64,000 nt of DNA from a virus: positions 3,949 through 67,948 of IMG/VR virus record IMGVR_UViG_3300025141_011788, one strand, 5' to 3'. Shown in pieces: positions 18,127 through 28,191 of this stretch (position 1 is its first letter; the number at the start of each line of letters is the position of its first letter). A program made the translations under genes and the position numbers. Under the pieces are notes generated by a model. The model worked only from the letters and a program-made list of their open reading frames with translations, was not told the DNA's origin and searched no databases.

Positions 18127-18780
18127 TCATCCCTTCTTCTTGGGTTGGCGACTCATCGGCTTCAAATACCGATCCTCGATACGAATAGTCTTACCCTCGA
18201 CCATCACGTCTGAAGACGGCAGGAGGCCGGTGGGGTAGTTTGCCATAACCAATACTGCTTCGCCACGGAAGTCCTTTGCATGGTAGGGCACGCTCTGAGA
18301 GTCTCGGATTCGGGCAATGGCTCCGGTAGGAAACTTCGGAGGATTGGTAGCAGTAGCAATTGCCTTGAGGGCGTAACGGTTCTTGGTGACCGCTGCAAAC
18401 TGTCGCTCGGTGGGAACAAAGCCCTCATCAGACAGGACCTTCCCAACCAAGTCTTGAAAATACTGGGTCTGGGCGTAATACTTCACGCAGATAAGCATCG
18501 TCTCCCGATGGTTCGCCTGATAGTCCTCAGTCCATACATTGCGGGCGATAACTGCCTCAGGGGAGTGCCGCTCCTCACAAGAGACAAGACACTTAAGCTG
18601 CTTTTCAGACAGGTCACCCCGTTTTTCAAACTGCTCCTTGAGCGAATTCATAAACTGGCGATCTTTTTCGCTAAGTTTCTTCTCCAAGAGCGAGCTGAAC
18701 CGCTGGTCGCCATTTTCCACCGTAGCACGGGGGGCAGGGACGTAAGAGGGGCGCCGTAGATGAGTTCGATAGTAAGTCAT
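18127..18780 (-). CDS. hypothetical early protein with C-terminal KOW-like domain
   Basis: Promoter CTTGAC-N17-TAGTAT at 18800-18828, GGGAG RBS before MTYY. Confidence 0.7.
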   Translation of the reverse strand: MTYYRTHLRRPSYVPAPRATVENGDQRFSSLLEKKLSEKDRQFMNSLKEQFEKRGDLSEKQLKCLVSCEERHSPEAVIARNVWTEDYQANHRETMLICVKYYAQTQYFQDLVGKVLSDEGFVPTERQFAAVTKNRYALKAIATATNPPKFPTGAIARIRDSQSVPYHAKDFRGEAVLVMANYPTGLLPSSDVMVEGKTIRIEDRYLKPMSRQPKKKG

Positions 18781-18841
18781 TATCTCTCCCTTGTAACTCA
18801 TACTACCATGAATACCCCTCAGGTCAAGTTTTATTTTGACT

Positions 18842-20086
18842 TTATTTCCCGGATTTTACAACTTTTCGTAGGCGGCGGATGCCTTCCTTAATCACCGAGA
18901 TGTCAGGACCGTAGGAGAACCTGACGTGATTGGAGAACCGAGATGTCCCTGGGCGGCGCTTGCCTGGGTTTACGTCGAAGAATTCGCCAGGTACAACGAT
19001 GACCTGCTCTTTCATGGCTGCCCTGAAGAAACTCATCCCGTTGTTGACCTCTTCAGGTAAAGCTGACACATTACCCCAGGCGTAGAACGCACCATCAGGT
19101 TCCCTCTCAAAAGTAACTCCCATCTCCTGTAGCCCGTCGAGCATTACTCGGCGCTTCTCTCTGAAGTTTGCCTTAAGAGCAGTAGCTTCCTGTCTCATCG
19201 CTGCTGGGTCTAGTAGTGGAATAATCGCTCTCTGAGCAGGGCGGCAGGCACCGCCGTCGAGGAAACTCCCGGCACTGGTTACCGACTCGATAACTTGCTC
19301 AGGGCCGACGATCCAAGAGATTCTCCACCCTGGGTATCTCCAGTTTTTAGTGGCACCGTCGAGGATCACTACGGGGTCGGTGTTGACGTCCCCTACATAC
19401 TTTGCGGCGCTTAGTGTCTCATGTGCCTCGATCCCAGAGTATACATAAGAACTGTAGAACTCGTCCATCAACATGTAACAGTCAAAGTCTCTGCCAGCCT
19501 GTACCCATTCCTCTAGGGCTCTCCCCTTGATCGTCTTCCCCGTTGGATTACAAGGATTGGACACGAGCAAGGCGCCTAGGCCACGGCCATTAACTTCCTT
19601 TCGGAGATCGTCGATAGTAAAAGCATAGCCCTTTTCCGGCTCTAGCAGAATTGGGATTGGGTTAAAGCGGTTGAAGGTGGCAAGCAGTTCCTCATACGCT
19701 GTATAATCAGGGACAAAGTGACCTAGGTTTATATTACCGAGTGAGGCGGCAAGACGAGCAAGAGCAAGGCGGCCGCCAGAAACGACCGAGACGTTCTTCG
19801 CTGTATACTTGGACGCTTTACCTTGGCGAAAGGTTTCGTTATAATAGTTAGCAATTGCGGATCGCAACTCGGGTAGACCTGAAACAGGAGCGTATTCATT
19901 GTCCGCATCCGTCACTGGGATGTTCTCGATCCTCTCTACGCCGCCGGCAATTAAGTCTGTTTGGGGTTGCCCTTGTCCCAGGTTGCACCATTCAGGGTTT
20001 CCTCTATAAAAACCTAGTTTGCTCGCTTCTTGAACAACATATACGACGCCTGTTCTCGGCACCTTCCTAAATGTATCTTCTGACAT
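18842..20086 (-). CDS. PLP-dependent aminotransferase class I/II
   Basis: NLGQGQP, SNPCNPTG, MDEFY, TKNWRYPGWR (PLP lysine), VRFSYG. Confidence 0.92.
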   Translation of the reverse strand: MSEDTFRKVPRTGVVYVVQEASKLGFYRGNPEWCNLGQGQPQTDLIAGGVERIENIPVTDADNEYAPVSGLPELRSAIANYYNETFRQGKASKYTAKNVSVVSGGRLALARLAASLGNINLGHFVPDYTAYEELLATFNRFNPIPILLEPEKGYAFTIDDLRKEVNGRGLGALLVSNPCNPTGKTIKGRALEEWVQAGRDFDCYMLMDEFYSSYVYSGIEAHETLSAAKYVGDVNTDPVVILDGATKNWRYPGWRISWIVGPEQVIESVTSAGSFLDGGACRPAQRAIIPLLDPAAMRQEATALKANFREKRRVMLDGLQEMGVTFEREPDGAFYAWGNVSALPEEVNNGMSFFRAAMKEQVIVVPGEFFDVNPGKRRPGTSRFSNHVRFSYGPDISVIKEGIRRLRKVVKSGK

Positions 20087-20198
20087 TCTTTTTTGTTCTC
20101 CCCCGGAAATGGCTAAAGGTCACGAAGTATATAGAGTATCCTTTTATCTAATAGATAAACTATTTACTCTGCTTAAATCCTCAAAAAAGGTGGTTAAA

Positions 20199-20402
20199 AT
20201 GAAAGTAAAATTCACAACACAGATGATTAGAGAAGTTGTTCAACTGGCTATCAAGCGATTGAACGAGGAAGAAGAAGAACTAGAAGGCGGCATGACTGTT
20301 GATGTCGATGCTGCTGCTGAAGAGCTTGGCGAGCTTCTCCCCGATGATGAAGAAGCACAAGAGAAGATCTTGGATAGGGCAAAATCCAATGTCGGTAGAT
20401 AA
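20199..20402 (+). CDS. acidic small protein with amphipathic leader
   Basis: Start MKVKFTT after AGGTGG RBS; CTATTTA at 20160-20166. Confidence 0.65.
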   Translation: MKVKFTTQMIREVVQLAIKRLNEEEEELEGGMTVDVDAAAEELGELLPDDEEAQEKILDRAKSNVGR

Positions 20403-20835
20403 CAAACGAACAATCACAGAAACAGAACTAAAACAGATTATCCAAGAAGAGTTGGAAGGCGCACTTGCCGAAGGTCCTTTCTCCGGCATTGATCGACGAA
20501 AGTCACGTCCCGCTGGCGAGGAGGAAAGTGCCACTGCCGCTACGCCGTTGGATCCAGAAAACGAGCGGCGATTAGGTCAAGCAGGTAAGCGCATCGATAT
20601 CGCCATTAGTCGTATACGCAACGAATTTAACGACGTTGCTGGTGACCTAGAGAAGCTTGGCTTTGGCGAAGACTCCCTCAAGGGGCTTAATGATGTTAGC
20701 GATACGATTGCTGCTCTCGCAAAAGAAGAGCTAACTAAGATGGGCAATGAGGTTGCTCGCAGTCAGACTTCTGCGGATAAGCAACCACAAGAAGACCCTC
20801 GGCCGGCAAGCGGTGAGCCTGCGGGGGCTCAATAA
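20389..20835 (+). CDS. acidic protein with ITETELKQIIQEE leader
   Basis: Overlaps previous gene; leader shared with other ORFs in the window. Confidence 0.7.
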   Translation: MSVDNKRTITETELKQIIQEELEGALAEGPFSGIDRRKSRPAGEEESATAATPLDPENERRLGQAGKRIDIAISRIRNEFNDVAGDLEKLGFGEDSLKGLNDVSDTIAALAKEELTKMGNEVARSQTSADKQPQEDPRPASGEPAGAQ

Positions 20836-21071
20836 CGAGCTAGGTCCTCAAGCCTCATATTAACTCTTTGAGCACCAAGGCCGGGTGGTACGAACACCCC
20901 CTTGACCCAATCAACTTCAGCTATGGGATTTTCAATAGTTCCGCAGAACCCCACGATCACACCCAAATTACCAGGGCGGGTGGCAAGCTCAACAGGTGAG
21001 TTCTCGTGGAAACCCTTCTTGGAAGCCGCCACGAGAAGAGGATCAATTACTTTTTTTCTTTTGAAGAACAT
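20829..21071 (-). CDS. SH3-like hypothetical protein
   Basis: GVIVG...AEVDW...LEDL pattern. Confidence 0.55.
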   Translation of the reverse strand: MFFKRKKVIDPLLVAASKKGFHENSPVELATRPGNLGVIVGFCGTIENPIAEVDWVKGVFVPPGLGAQRVNMRLEDLARY

Positions 21072-21184
21072 GTCTGATACTTTCTATATCTAATTTACAG
21101 GGAATAGATAGACTAATCTAAAAGTTTTAGCAGAATAATCATAGATTTATTTACTGTCTATTTATTATATCGAAAGGTAATAAA

Positions 21185-21628
21185 ATGACTTCGCACGGTG
21201 GCAACAGATCTAAAAAGAAAAAGCCGGTTGGAAGGCCGAAGAAGCAGGATCCTCAAAAACCGAAGAGTCGCTCCATGGATCGGGCTGATCGGCAGCGAGC
21301 GAAGAAGTCCCGCAACAAGATGAGTCGGAAACAGGTTGAGTGGGTCCTATCCCAAAAAGGTACGGGCAAGGGGTGTCGGGCGATATCTAAAGAATATAAG
21401 AAGAAGTATCACGGCATTCATCGGATAAGCCATCAAATGGTCTGGAAGATCTGGAAGGGGCTAGCTCACAACCCCGATGCTGTCGTAGCGAGACAGGAAG
21501 TTAAAGAGGACGCTGACACCGAACACGAGATATCCATCTATGACCTGATAGATAACGCTAAAAGCTTAAGCGAAGACGACCTCGACGATCTCCTAGAGGA
21601 TATCACAGACAAAAAGGTACGTTACTGA
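21185..21628 (+). CDS. basic, probably nucleic-acid-binding protein with acidic tail
   Basis: K/R-rich N-terminus, HTH-like CRAISKE...ISHQMVWKI; AAAGGT RBS; CTATTTA at 21158-21164. Confidence 0.65.
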   Translation: MTSHGGNRSKKKKPVGRPKKQDPQKPKSRSMDRADRQRAKKSRNKMSRKQVEWVLSQKGTGKGCRAISKEYKKKYHGIHRISHQMVWKIWKGLAHNPDAVVARQEVKEDADTEHEISIYDLIDNAKSLSEDDLDDLLEDITDKKVRY

Positions 21629-21975
21629 GGTTGATTGTCACTTACACATGAACTGCATGCGTCGTCGGCAAGTTTTTTAACCTCCTCCGAGCAGTTCTTT
21701 TTCCCTGACACCTTACAATAGACTGCCCAGATAATCGGAACAGCAACAGGATGTAGGCAGAAAAGCCAAGCTACCGGCATCACAGCGTAGAAAGATGGAT
21801 CAACATACTTTCCAAGCAAATATGCCATAACAGGGAAAAGGATGTCCTCGATGATCTCCCACACTATAAATATGATCAAGAGCGCCTTCCCGTGTTTCAG
21901 GATGACGCTCTTGAGATTAGAGAAGGTCCAAAACTGAACCCGATGGTTAATCGCTCTCTTAAACCTGTTGATCAT
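21622..21975 (-). CDS. membrane protein
   Basis: Two to three hydrophobic segments, WEIIED motif. Confidence 0.65.
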   Translation of the reverse strand: MINRFKRAINHRVQFWTFSNLKSVILKHGKALLIIFIVWEIIEDILFPVMAYLLGKYVDPSFYAVMPVAWLFCLHPVAVPIIWAVYCKVSGKKNCSEEVKKLADDACSSCVSDNQPQ

Positions 21976-22226
21976 ACTATAAATATGAGCCTAGTTGTTA
22001 GTTTCATCCTTACCTCTAAAAAAACCTTCTGGTGGGGCTTTAAGTTTGCTTATTGGAGGCAGTTCGCTTTCTTTCCGTAGATAAGTTGCCTCGTCGAAAG
22101 ACATCGCTGGGAGTACAAGGCGGGGAACCTCCTCGACGCTTTTATAGCGGACCATTGTCTCACGCTTACGCTTTACCATTTTCCGATATCGTTCATTCAT
22201 TGTTTTTTCTCCTTTTCTGTCTCAAC

Positions 22227-22778
22227 CTAAGAGAGGTCGAGATCCATTAATTCTAAAAGATTAGTAATTCGAAACTCGCCCTTGGCGTCCTGGTTATAAT
22301 GAGCGTCAAAGATAATCAGACCCTCTTCACCACGGTAGTCAACCCAGGTCTTGGCAAACTCTGGTGAGTCGTCTACGAGAAAATCTAAATTCTCTCTACA
22401 CTTCTCTGTCGCAAAGATAAGCTTACGGAAATTAAAGCCGTACTTGGCTAGCCATTCCATAGTCAGGCAACGATTCCATTCCTTCTGGCTCGTTACGCAG
22501 ACAAGTTCATGGCCCTTTTCTTCCGCCCATGCTTTAATTTTTTGATACGCTTCGACTGAGTTTCTCAGCGGCAACGCATCAACATATACTTCTCGGGCGT
22601 GCTTGCGGTTGTATAAATCCGAGATCTCTTGCGGATCCATCCCGGTGACACAGGACAACTCCCAATCTAGGGGTTGAGTCTCATCAAAGTTTTGCGGGTA
22701 TTGCCCCCTCATTACTTTTAAAAACGCTTTCCCAAAGTTACGCAACACACCGTCGCAGTCAATTCCAATGATAGCCAT
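22227..22778 (-). CDS. 5'(3')-deoxyribonucleotidase (HAD superfamily)
   Basis: IDCDGVL, VTS, LVDD, YNQ. Confidence 0.85.
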   Translation of the reverse strand: MAIIGIDCDGVLRNFGKAFLKVMRGQYPQNFDETQPLDWELSCVTGMDPQEISDLYNRKHAREVYVDALPLRNSVEAYQKIKAWAEEKGHELVCVTSQKEWNRCLTMEWLAKYGFNFRKLIFATEKCRENLDFLVDDSPEFAKTWVDYRGEEGLIIFDAHYNQDAKGEFRITNLLELMDLDLS

Positions 22779-23126
22779 AATACTATCCTCCCTCTCCTTG
22801 TTATCTCTTTCCTTAATTAAAGAACACCAGGGAAAGAGTAAAAGTCAAGTTTTACTTCACTCTATTTTTCACCATGTAGATCGTAGATTGAATAGAATGC
22901 AGGGCGACCTCTAGGTCTCGCTCGGATTCAAGAAGCTCGTTAAGAATCTCTTCATCCGTATCTTTATGGGTTACGATCCCCCTTACGGCATCGTAAAAAT
23001 CCAACAAGAACTGCTGCTGTTGGTTTTTTAGATCTTCAAATCGTTGTGGCATGCCGAGTTCGTCTTTCATATAAGACGGCACGACATCATCGTAGGCGGC
23101 GGCTGTATTCGAGCGATGGATACACA

Positions 23127-23507
23127 TCATTTCTCCTCCTTTTTCTTCTCTTGGGTTTTATTCTTAGTCCCGTATTCTACGGCGTGGCCTTCGTTCAACA
23201 GGATGTTATTAATATTCTTATTCTCGGGAGTGAACACTTCGACTAGATATCGTCCGTACTTTCCCTTCTTGTCACGGATGGTATTGATCGTTAAATGAGT
23301 GCCCTCTGGGATAAGTTCCCTTACACGGGTGGTGGCTTCGAGGCCCTTTTCTCTTTCGTCGCCCCGGACTTCCCAGGCGTCGATTCGATGAAGACGGGTT
23401 CGAATGTTGGCGAACACGTTTAGCCCTAAGTCTACTCGGAAATCAATTGTATCCGCATCAACAATGTGCAGCACCTCTGCATCGTAAAAGTAATCAAGTT
23501 TGCTCAT
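23127..23507 (-). CDS. thermonuclease (SNase) family protein
   Basis: VDADTID, RLHRIDAWE, KYGRYL, LLNEGHA. Confidence 0.88.
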   Translation of the reverse strand: MSKLDYFYDAEVLHIVDADTIDFRVDLGLNVFANIRTRLHRIDAWEVRGDEREKGLEATTRVRELIPEGTHLTINTIRDKKGKYGRYLVEVFTPENKNINNILLNEGHAVEYGTKNKTQEKKKEEK

Positions 23508-23960
23508 CTGTCTTTCTCCAAATCTTTAAGGATCTCGTAAAGAAACCCTGGTGACATATTTTTTTTGTCGTGCAGGCATTCAATAATTCCGGCATGTCGA
23601 AGTGCATTAGCTATCCAAGAGGAGCAGTACCACCGATTTGCACGGCGAACTTCAAAAGGAGTAGTGTGGGTAAGAATCATTCCTATCCAGTCGTAAGTGT
23701 CTCCCTCTGTCTTCAGGTAGAACTCTTCAATCTTCCCTGCCTCCTCATCTGTAATCTCCAGGGAGACTATTTCCCAATCGGTGTTTGGGTAGTGCCTGCC
23801 TTTAAGTTCCCTTACTGCGGCGACCTTGTTGGGGGTGATTCCAATTACTTTTCCCGAGGGAAGTAGGATCTCAGCGTGAGTCATTGGGCTGCCTGTCCAC
23901 CAGCTTATAAGTCTGTGATGCCAGCCGTCGAGACCGGTGTAGAATACAATCTGGAGTATT
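23504..23960 (-). CDS. permuted papain-like (NlpC/P60, YiiX/YebB-type) hydrolase; start uncertain
   Basis: THAEI (His) precedes YDW and WYCS (Cys); frame is open upstream of the annotated ATG (IVFYTG...LISWWTGSP). Confidence 0.7.
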
Positions 23961-24017
23961 TTAGACTTTACCCCAACGGCATCTTGGCTTCCTCAGGTGT
24001 AACAGGTGCGTAAATAA

Positions 24018-24248
24018 CTATACAGCAGTATCCAAAATATTCAACACTTCTTCCAAAGTGTGTTGATCATTCGTCTTGTTGCGGATCTTATAGATCTGAA
24101 GTGCTGCTTTGAACGCCCCAGTGTCCAGTCGTTCCTTGAATTCTTTGAATAGTTCCTTGCGGTCCTCTCTCAAGGTCTCAAGCTCGTTGTCCAAGTTCGA
24201 CAATCGCTCGATCAACTCACTAACTGTTTCTTTAAAATTGTTACTCAT
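24018..24248 (-). CDS. GapR/DUF2312-like dsDNA-binding protein
   Basis: LIERLSNLDNE...REDRKELFKEFK..D..AFKAAL.I.K. Confidence 0.65.
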   Translation of the reverse strand: MSNNFKETVSELIERLSNLDNELETLREDRKELFKEFKERLDTGAFKAALQIYKIRNKTNDQHTLEEVLNILDTAV

Positions 24249-25112
24249 TTTCTTAGTTTCCTTTCTTTAGGATGAATTTAACTTTTAACCAAGCCACATG
24301 CCCAGGCCGAAGCCGAGAACGAGGAAGATTGGGTTTAAAATGCGATGTAAGACGACCTTAGAATGCCAGAACCCTACGGCAGCGATAAGTGACTGCATCA
24401 CCCACCGAAGAGTATTCTCATCTAGTGTTTTCGGAGCAAGGAGTGCCTGAAATACTAGATCGGGGTCCGGGTACGGTGCGCCTGAAAGTGCGTCGTCGTC
24501 GTTGTCATTATTATTAAAAAAGTTCATAGATCTCGACCTTATGTTGTTTGCCTGTTCCGTCTTCAACAATCAATAAAGTATAGTCGTCGAGGGCGTGCAA
24601 CGCCTTTCCGGTTAGTTGAACTCTCTCAAAATTCTTGACCCCACGAGGGCTGAGCCGCTCCTCAAGGTGGTTCCACTTAACGGTCTTATTGACCCAATGC
24701 GATGCAGAATTACTATAAATCATGTTCTGTCCTTTGTTTGTTTATCAGTGAGAAATTAATGAACTGTGGTTTCCGTCTCAGCAGAAGTTAACCGTTCTAG
24801 ACTACTTTCCACAGTGATAGCAGTCATGAGCAGTTGCTGTCGTCGAGTCGGGTCCTCAATCTTATTATCGTCTAAGTAGGCTAGAAATTGAACCGGCGTG
24901 ACCGCTGACCCCATCCCCTCTAGGATTTCGCATGTGTCCCGCCACAACTCCCGCTGGTCAGCAAGACCCAACTTAGGTGGCGCAAAAGATTCCGAAGATT
25001 TTGAGATTTGCTCGGCGATTAACTGAAGCAAGAAGTCGTCCATGGTTCCTCCGTTTTAGATGGCTCTCTTCTACATTGTTATATTAAGCCATGATCCTAT
25101 ATCTGTCAAGTT

Positions 25113-25487
25113 TTATTTTTGATGGAGCCAGGTGGGATTCTTATAAGTCCTGGTCATTTTAACCATCTTCAACAGTCGGGCAATGGGAAGAGCATTCCAT
25201 TGCTTCACCCTGAACAGGCCATCTTGGTCGCCGACGGCGATCGGCTCACAGCCTAGCTTAACCAACTTTTTTACCAAGAATGTGAACTTCTTCTGGGTTT
25301 CTCTCTCGACATACACACCAACCCATTCGTCGCCCCAGCCCTCACATAGAGTGTCCTGGCCTTTATAGGTCCCCCGGGCGGTAACAATAGGCAGGCAATC
25401 AGTGCCCCTCTTCAGGCGAAGGTTGTTCTCCCTTGCCCATTTTCTAAATTCTCTACGGGATTTCTTATCTTCTTTCTCGGTCATCAT
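25113..25487 (-). CDS. hypothetical protein
   Basis: 124-aa ORF with GGAGG RBS. Confidence 0.6.
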   Translation of the reverse strand: MMTEKEDKKSRREFRKWARENNLRLKRGTDCLPIVTARGTYKGQDTLCEGWGDEWVGVYVERETQKKFTFLVKKLVKLGCEPIAVGDQDGLFRVKQWNALPIARLLKMVKMTRTYKNPTWLHQK

Positions 25488-25798
25488 GAGATACCTCCTC
25501 GGTTGTCAAATTCTTTTTTAAGATATCTTCCGACATCAGAAAGGGTAGCGCCGTGATCAATCACGGCAGTTTCGATATGTAGATTCCCTAGTGACACAGG
25601 GACGAGATAATCTTTCCATACAAGAAAATCTAAATCGTTAATCTGTTCAAAGTCATGGTTGGATAAGTGGCGGTTCGTCTCCTCCCTGGAGAGCCCCCTC
25701 TTCACACACTCAAAGATAATGTACCGTTCGTTCAATCTCACCTCTCTTCCTTCGTCTAGTATACCACGGTTCTGCCAGAATAGGAAGTTTTATTTTAC

Positions 25799-26269
25799 TT
25801 ACCGAGTGAACATATCGGCAATGTCTGCTGCCCAAGCATTAGGCTTGGTAACCACGTTACACCCACAGCCTTTAAGCATCCCTGTGAGTTCTTCATAGGA
25901 GCGGTTACTTACGGTACCCTCCTTTGGATTGATGTCTACATGTACAGTGGGAAAGATACCTGTTTCACTCTCCACAGCCTGGGCTAGTTCTAGTGACAGG
26001 TAACACTCGGCGTACAGTCTTTCTCTAATTGTCTTATATGCCTGTTGCCGTTTTCTATTATACACGACGATAACTCCGGAGCCCTCCTGTCGAAGGCAGA
26101 TGGTAGATACCATCAAACTGTAGTCTGAATAATTCTTACTGTCTACGCCAACATGTAAGGAACAGTCTTCTCGGAGAGGGGTTAGCTGATCGAGGAGTTC
26201 CCGTATGTCTTTTATCTCTTCACCACCGAGGCCTACCCAGGCACTATTGTCGGTGACTTGATGCCTCAC
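25799..26269 (-). CDS. RNase H-like (YkuK-type) protein
   Basis: LHVGVDS, ERLYAE, VHVDIN, WAADIAD acidic motifs. Confidence 0.75.
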   Translation of the reverse strand: MRHQVTDNSAWVGLGGEEIKDIRELLDQLTPLREDCSLHVGVDSKNYSDYSLMVSTICLRQEGSGVIVVYNRKRQQAYKTIRERLYAECYLSLELAQAVESETGIFPTVHVDINPKEGTVSNRSYEELTGMLKGCGCNVVTKPNAWAADIADMFTR

Positions 26270-26408
26270 CGTCCCGCCCTTGCGTCGGCGACGGCCTCGA
26301 CAATGAGTATTCCAGCTATCGCTGCCAGGAACGCTCCGCCAAGGATGGCGCCAAAAGCTGCACTGGAAACTGTTTCAAAAAGATCTTTTCTCATTATTTA
26401 GCCTCCCA

Positions 26409-26481
26409 GGGGGGTACACAAAGAACAAGAGCGATAAACGCTCCTGTCCTCCCTGCCTTAACTGAACGGGATCCACCCCCC
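26409..26481 (-). ncRNA. candidate 73-nt structured RNA
   Basis: GGGGGGU/ACCCCCC closing stem with two inner hairpins; G-U pairs favour the minus strand. Confidence 0.4.
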
Positions 26482-26707
26482 TTCTTTTTGGTTAAAATGT
26501 TTGTTGTGGGTGTTCACAGCAGGGTATTTTTACCAGTCATCTCTATCTTTGTCTGCTATAAACTGTGCCGCTTCACGGCGCTGAGTTGCATAATAAACAA
26601 AGCAGATCGGATACGCCATACTTACTAGGTTAAAAGTGCCCAGGAAGATGTCATAGAAAAACAAAGCGACGAAAACCGTCATAAAAAAGTCATAAAATCT
26701 TAACATA

Positions 26708-27061
26708 TCAGTGATACTCCATGGAAATGCCCACCCTAGAAAGGGTGTCACGAAAGAAATTTACATCATCATTTAAAACGGCGAAGGTCTCGGCCTGTTG
26801 GCGAGTGAGCACAAGGCAACCGTCCTCTTCTACTACAGGGCATCGGCTGATCTCCTCTAGTAAGTATTCCCGTTGCGCTGCTAGAGTAGCTATCCCAAGG
26901 CACACCGTCAGTACCCGGCGGTCGGTCATGTACTCCTCTCGGGTGTCTTGGAGGCTGTCCCTCAGATAGGCAATGTCTTCTTCAAGCTCCCGAATACCTT
27001 CATCATATAGGTCTAATGGCATGATGTAGGTGGTCTCGCCTTGGTTCATATTGCCGCCCAT
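26708..27061 (-). CDS. hypothetical protein
   Basis: 117-aa acidic ORF within an operon. Confidence 0.6.
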   Translation of the reverse strand: MGGNMNQGETTYIMPLDLYDEGIRELEEDIAYLRDSLQDTREEYMTDRRVLTVCLGIATLAAQREYLLEEISRCPVVEEDGCLVLTRQQAETFAVLNDDVNFFRDTLSRVGISMEYH

Positions 27062-27064
27062 CGT

Positions 27065-27613
27065 CTAATTTTTTTGTACCCAGGAAGGGAACGCTTTAAC
27101 TAAATAGGCTCGTTTGCGGACGACTTCTTTCCTGTAAGCAACAATCTTTTCACGATTTTTAGACTGCCGCCACCCATAGCCGCCGTTGTAACAAGCGAAG
27201 ATGTTGTTTTTGCGGCAAAAGCGAGACCAAGACAGTTTTGCCATCACCGCAAAAGAGTAGTGAGCATTTACCAACGGCTGACTTAGGGCTCGCTTGAAAT
27301 CTTTATAGTTCGAGAATCCAAGCTGTTTGTGATGCCAAAAGTAGTTGATCTGGAATAGTCCTACGTCTCTCGTACCGGATGAAGCCTTTGGGTTGAGCGA
27401 ACTTTCGTGCCACGCTAACGCCACAAATGTATGCGGACACAGGCGTTTCTTTTTTGCCTCACTGATAATCAAACTGGCCATCTGCCTCTGCTGAGCGGAC
27501 CAGCCAGCAGGAAACGAGAGCGGTGAAGCTACCGTGGGCTGCTGTACTACCCCGCTCAACAGAAGGTTAAGCCAGGTGAGTTTAATCCAGAGAAACATCA
27601 ACACTGATCTCAA
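27065..27613 (-). CDS. lytic transglycosylase (SLT) with N-terminal hydrophobic anchor
   Basis: HESSLNPKA, GLFQIN, ACYNGG. Confidence 0.85.
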   Translation of the reverse strand: MRSVLMFLWIKLTWLNLLLSGVVQQPTVASPLSFPAGWSAQQRQMASLIISEAKKKRLCPHTFVALAWHESSLNPKASSGTRDVGLFQINYFWHHKQLGFSNYKDFKRALSQPLVNAHYSFAVMAKLSWSRFCRKNNIFACYNGGYGWRQSKNREKIVAYRKEVVRKRAYLVKAFPSWVQKN

Positions 27614-28184
27614 GATTTAAAGTTGGGATTCGAATGTGGTTTGCGAGCTTAAACTTGAGACACTCATCAGCGCTCAAGAACCAGTCAGCGTGGCCTCTCT
27701 TGTGGACTTCCTTCTTGAAGAAGTCTGGGCGTTTGCCGCAGTTTTGAGACATCATTGTAAAGATCATCTGATCTAGCCGGTCGGCCTCGGCGGCGTCAGC
27801 CTTAACCTCTTCTACCTTGCCCTTGCCACCAGAGGATACGTCATGGATCATGACCGTGGCATCGGGAGCAATAAAGCGATACCCGTTGGTGCCGAAAGTA
27901 AAGAGGACAGCGCCGCATGACATCGCTTTGCTTTCCACAATTGTCGCAATTGGCTGGTCTGTGTTTTTAATTTCAGCGATCATCGACATTAGTGAATATA
28001 CTTGGCCACCATAACTGTCAATAACAATAGGGATGATTGGTTGGCCAGAGTTCCGGGCCAGGTCCATATCCTCAGCAAACTTTGCTGCTGAATCTTCCGT
28101 AAACTTGTTCACTCGGACGATCCGGGGAACAGCATGTAACTTGATTTCCTTGATGCGTGGGTCGATTACTCGATCGAAATTCAT
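27582..28184 (-). CDS. clpP: ClpP-like serine protease
   Basis: IDSYGG, AMSCGA (Ser), MIHD (His), DWFLSA (Asp). Confidence 0.85.
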   Translation of the reverse strand: MNFDRVIDPRIKEIKLHAVPRIVRVNKFTEDSAAKFAEDMDLARNSGQPIIPIVIDSYGGQVYSLMSMIAEIKNTDQPIATIVESKAMSCGAVLFTFGTNGYRFIAPDATVMIHDVSSGGKGKVEEVKADAAEADRLDQMIFTMMSQNCGKRPDFFKKEVHKRGHADWFLSADECLKFKLANHIRIPTLNLEISVDVSLD

Positions 28185-28191
28185 TTATTCT

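Noticed and set aside
26409-26481. tRNA gene
   Set aside because: Length and closing stem fit, but there is no TTC T-loop, D-loop, anticodon arm or CCA.
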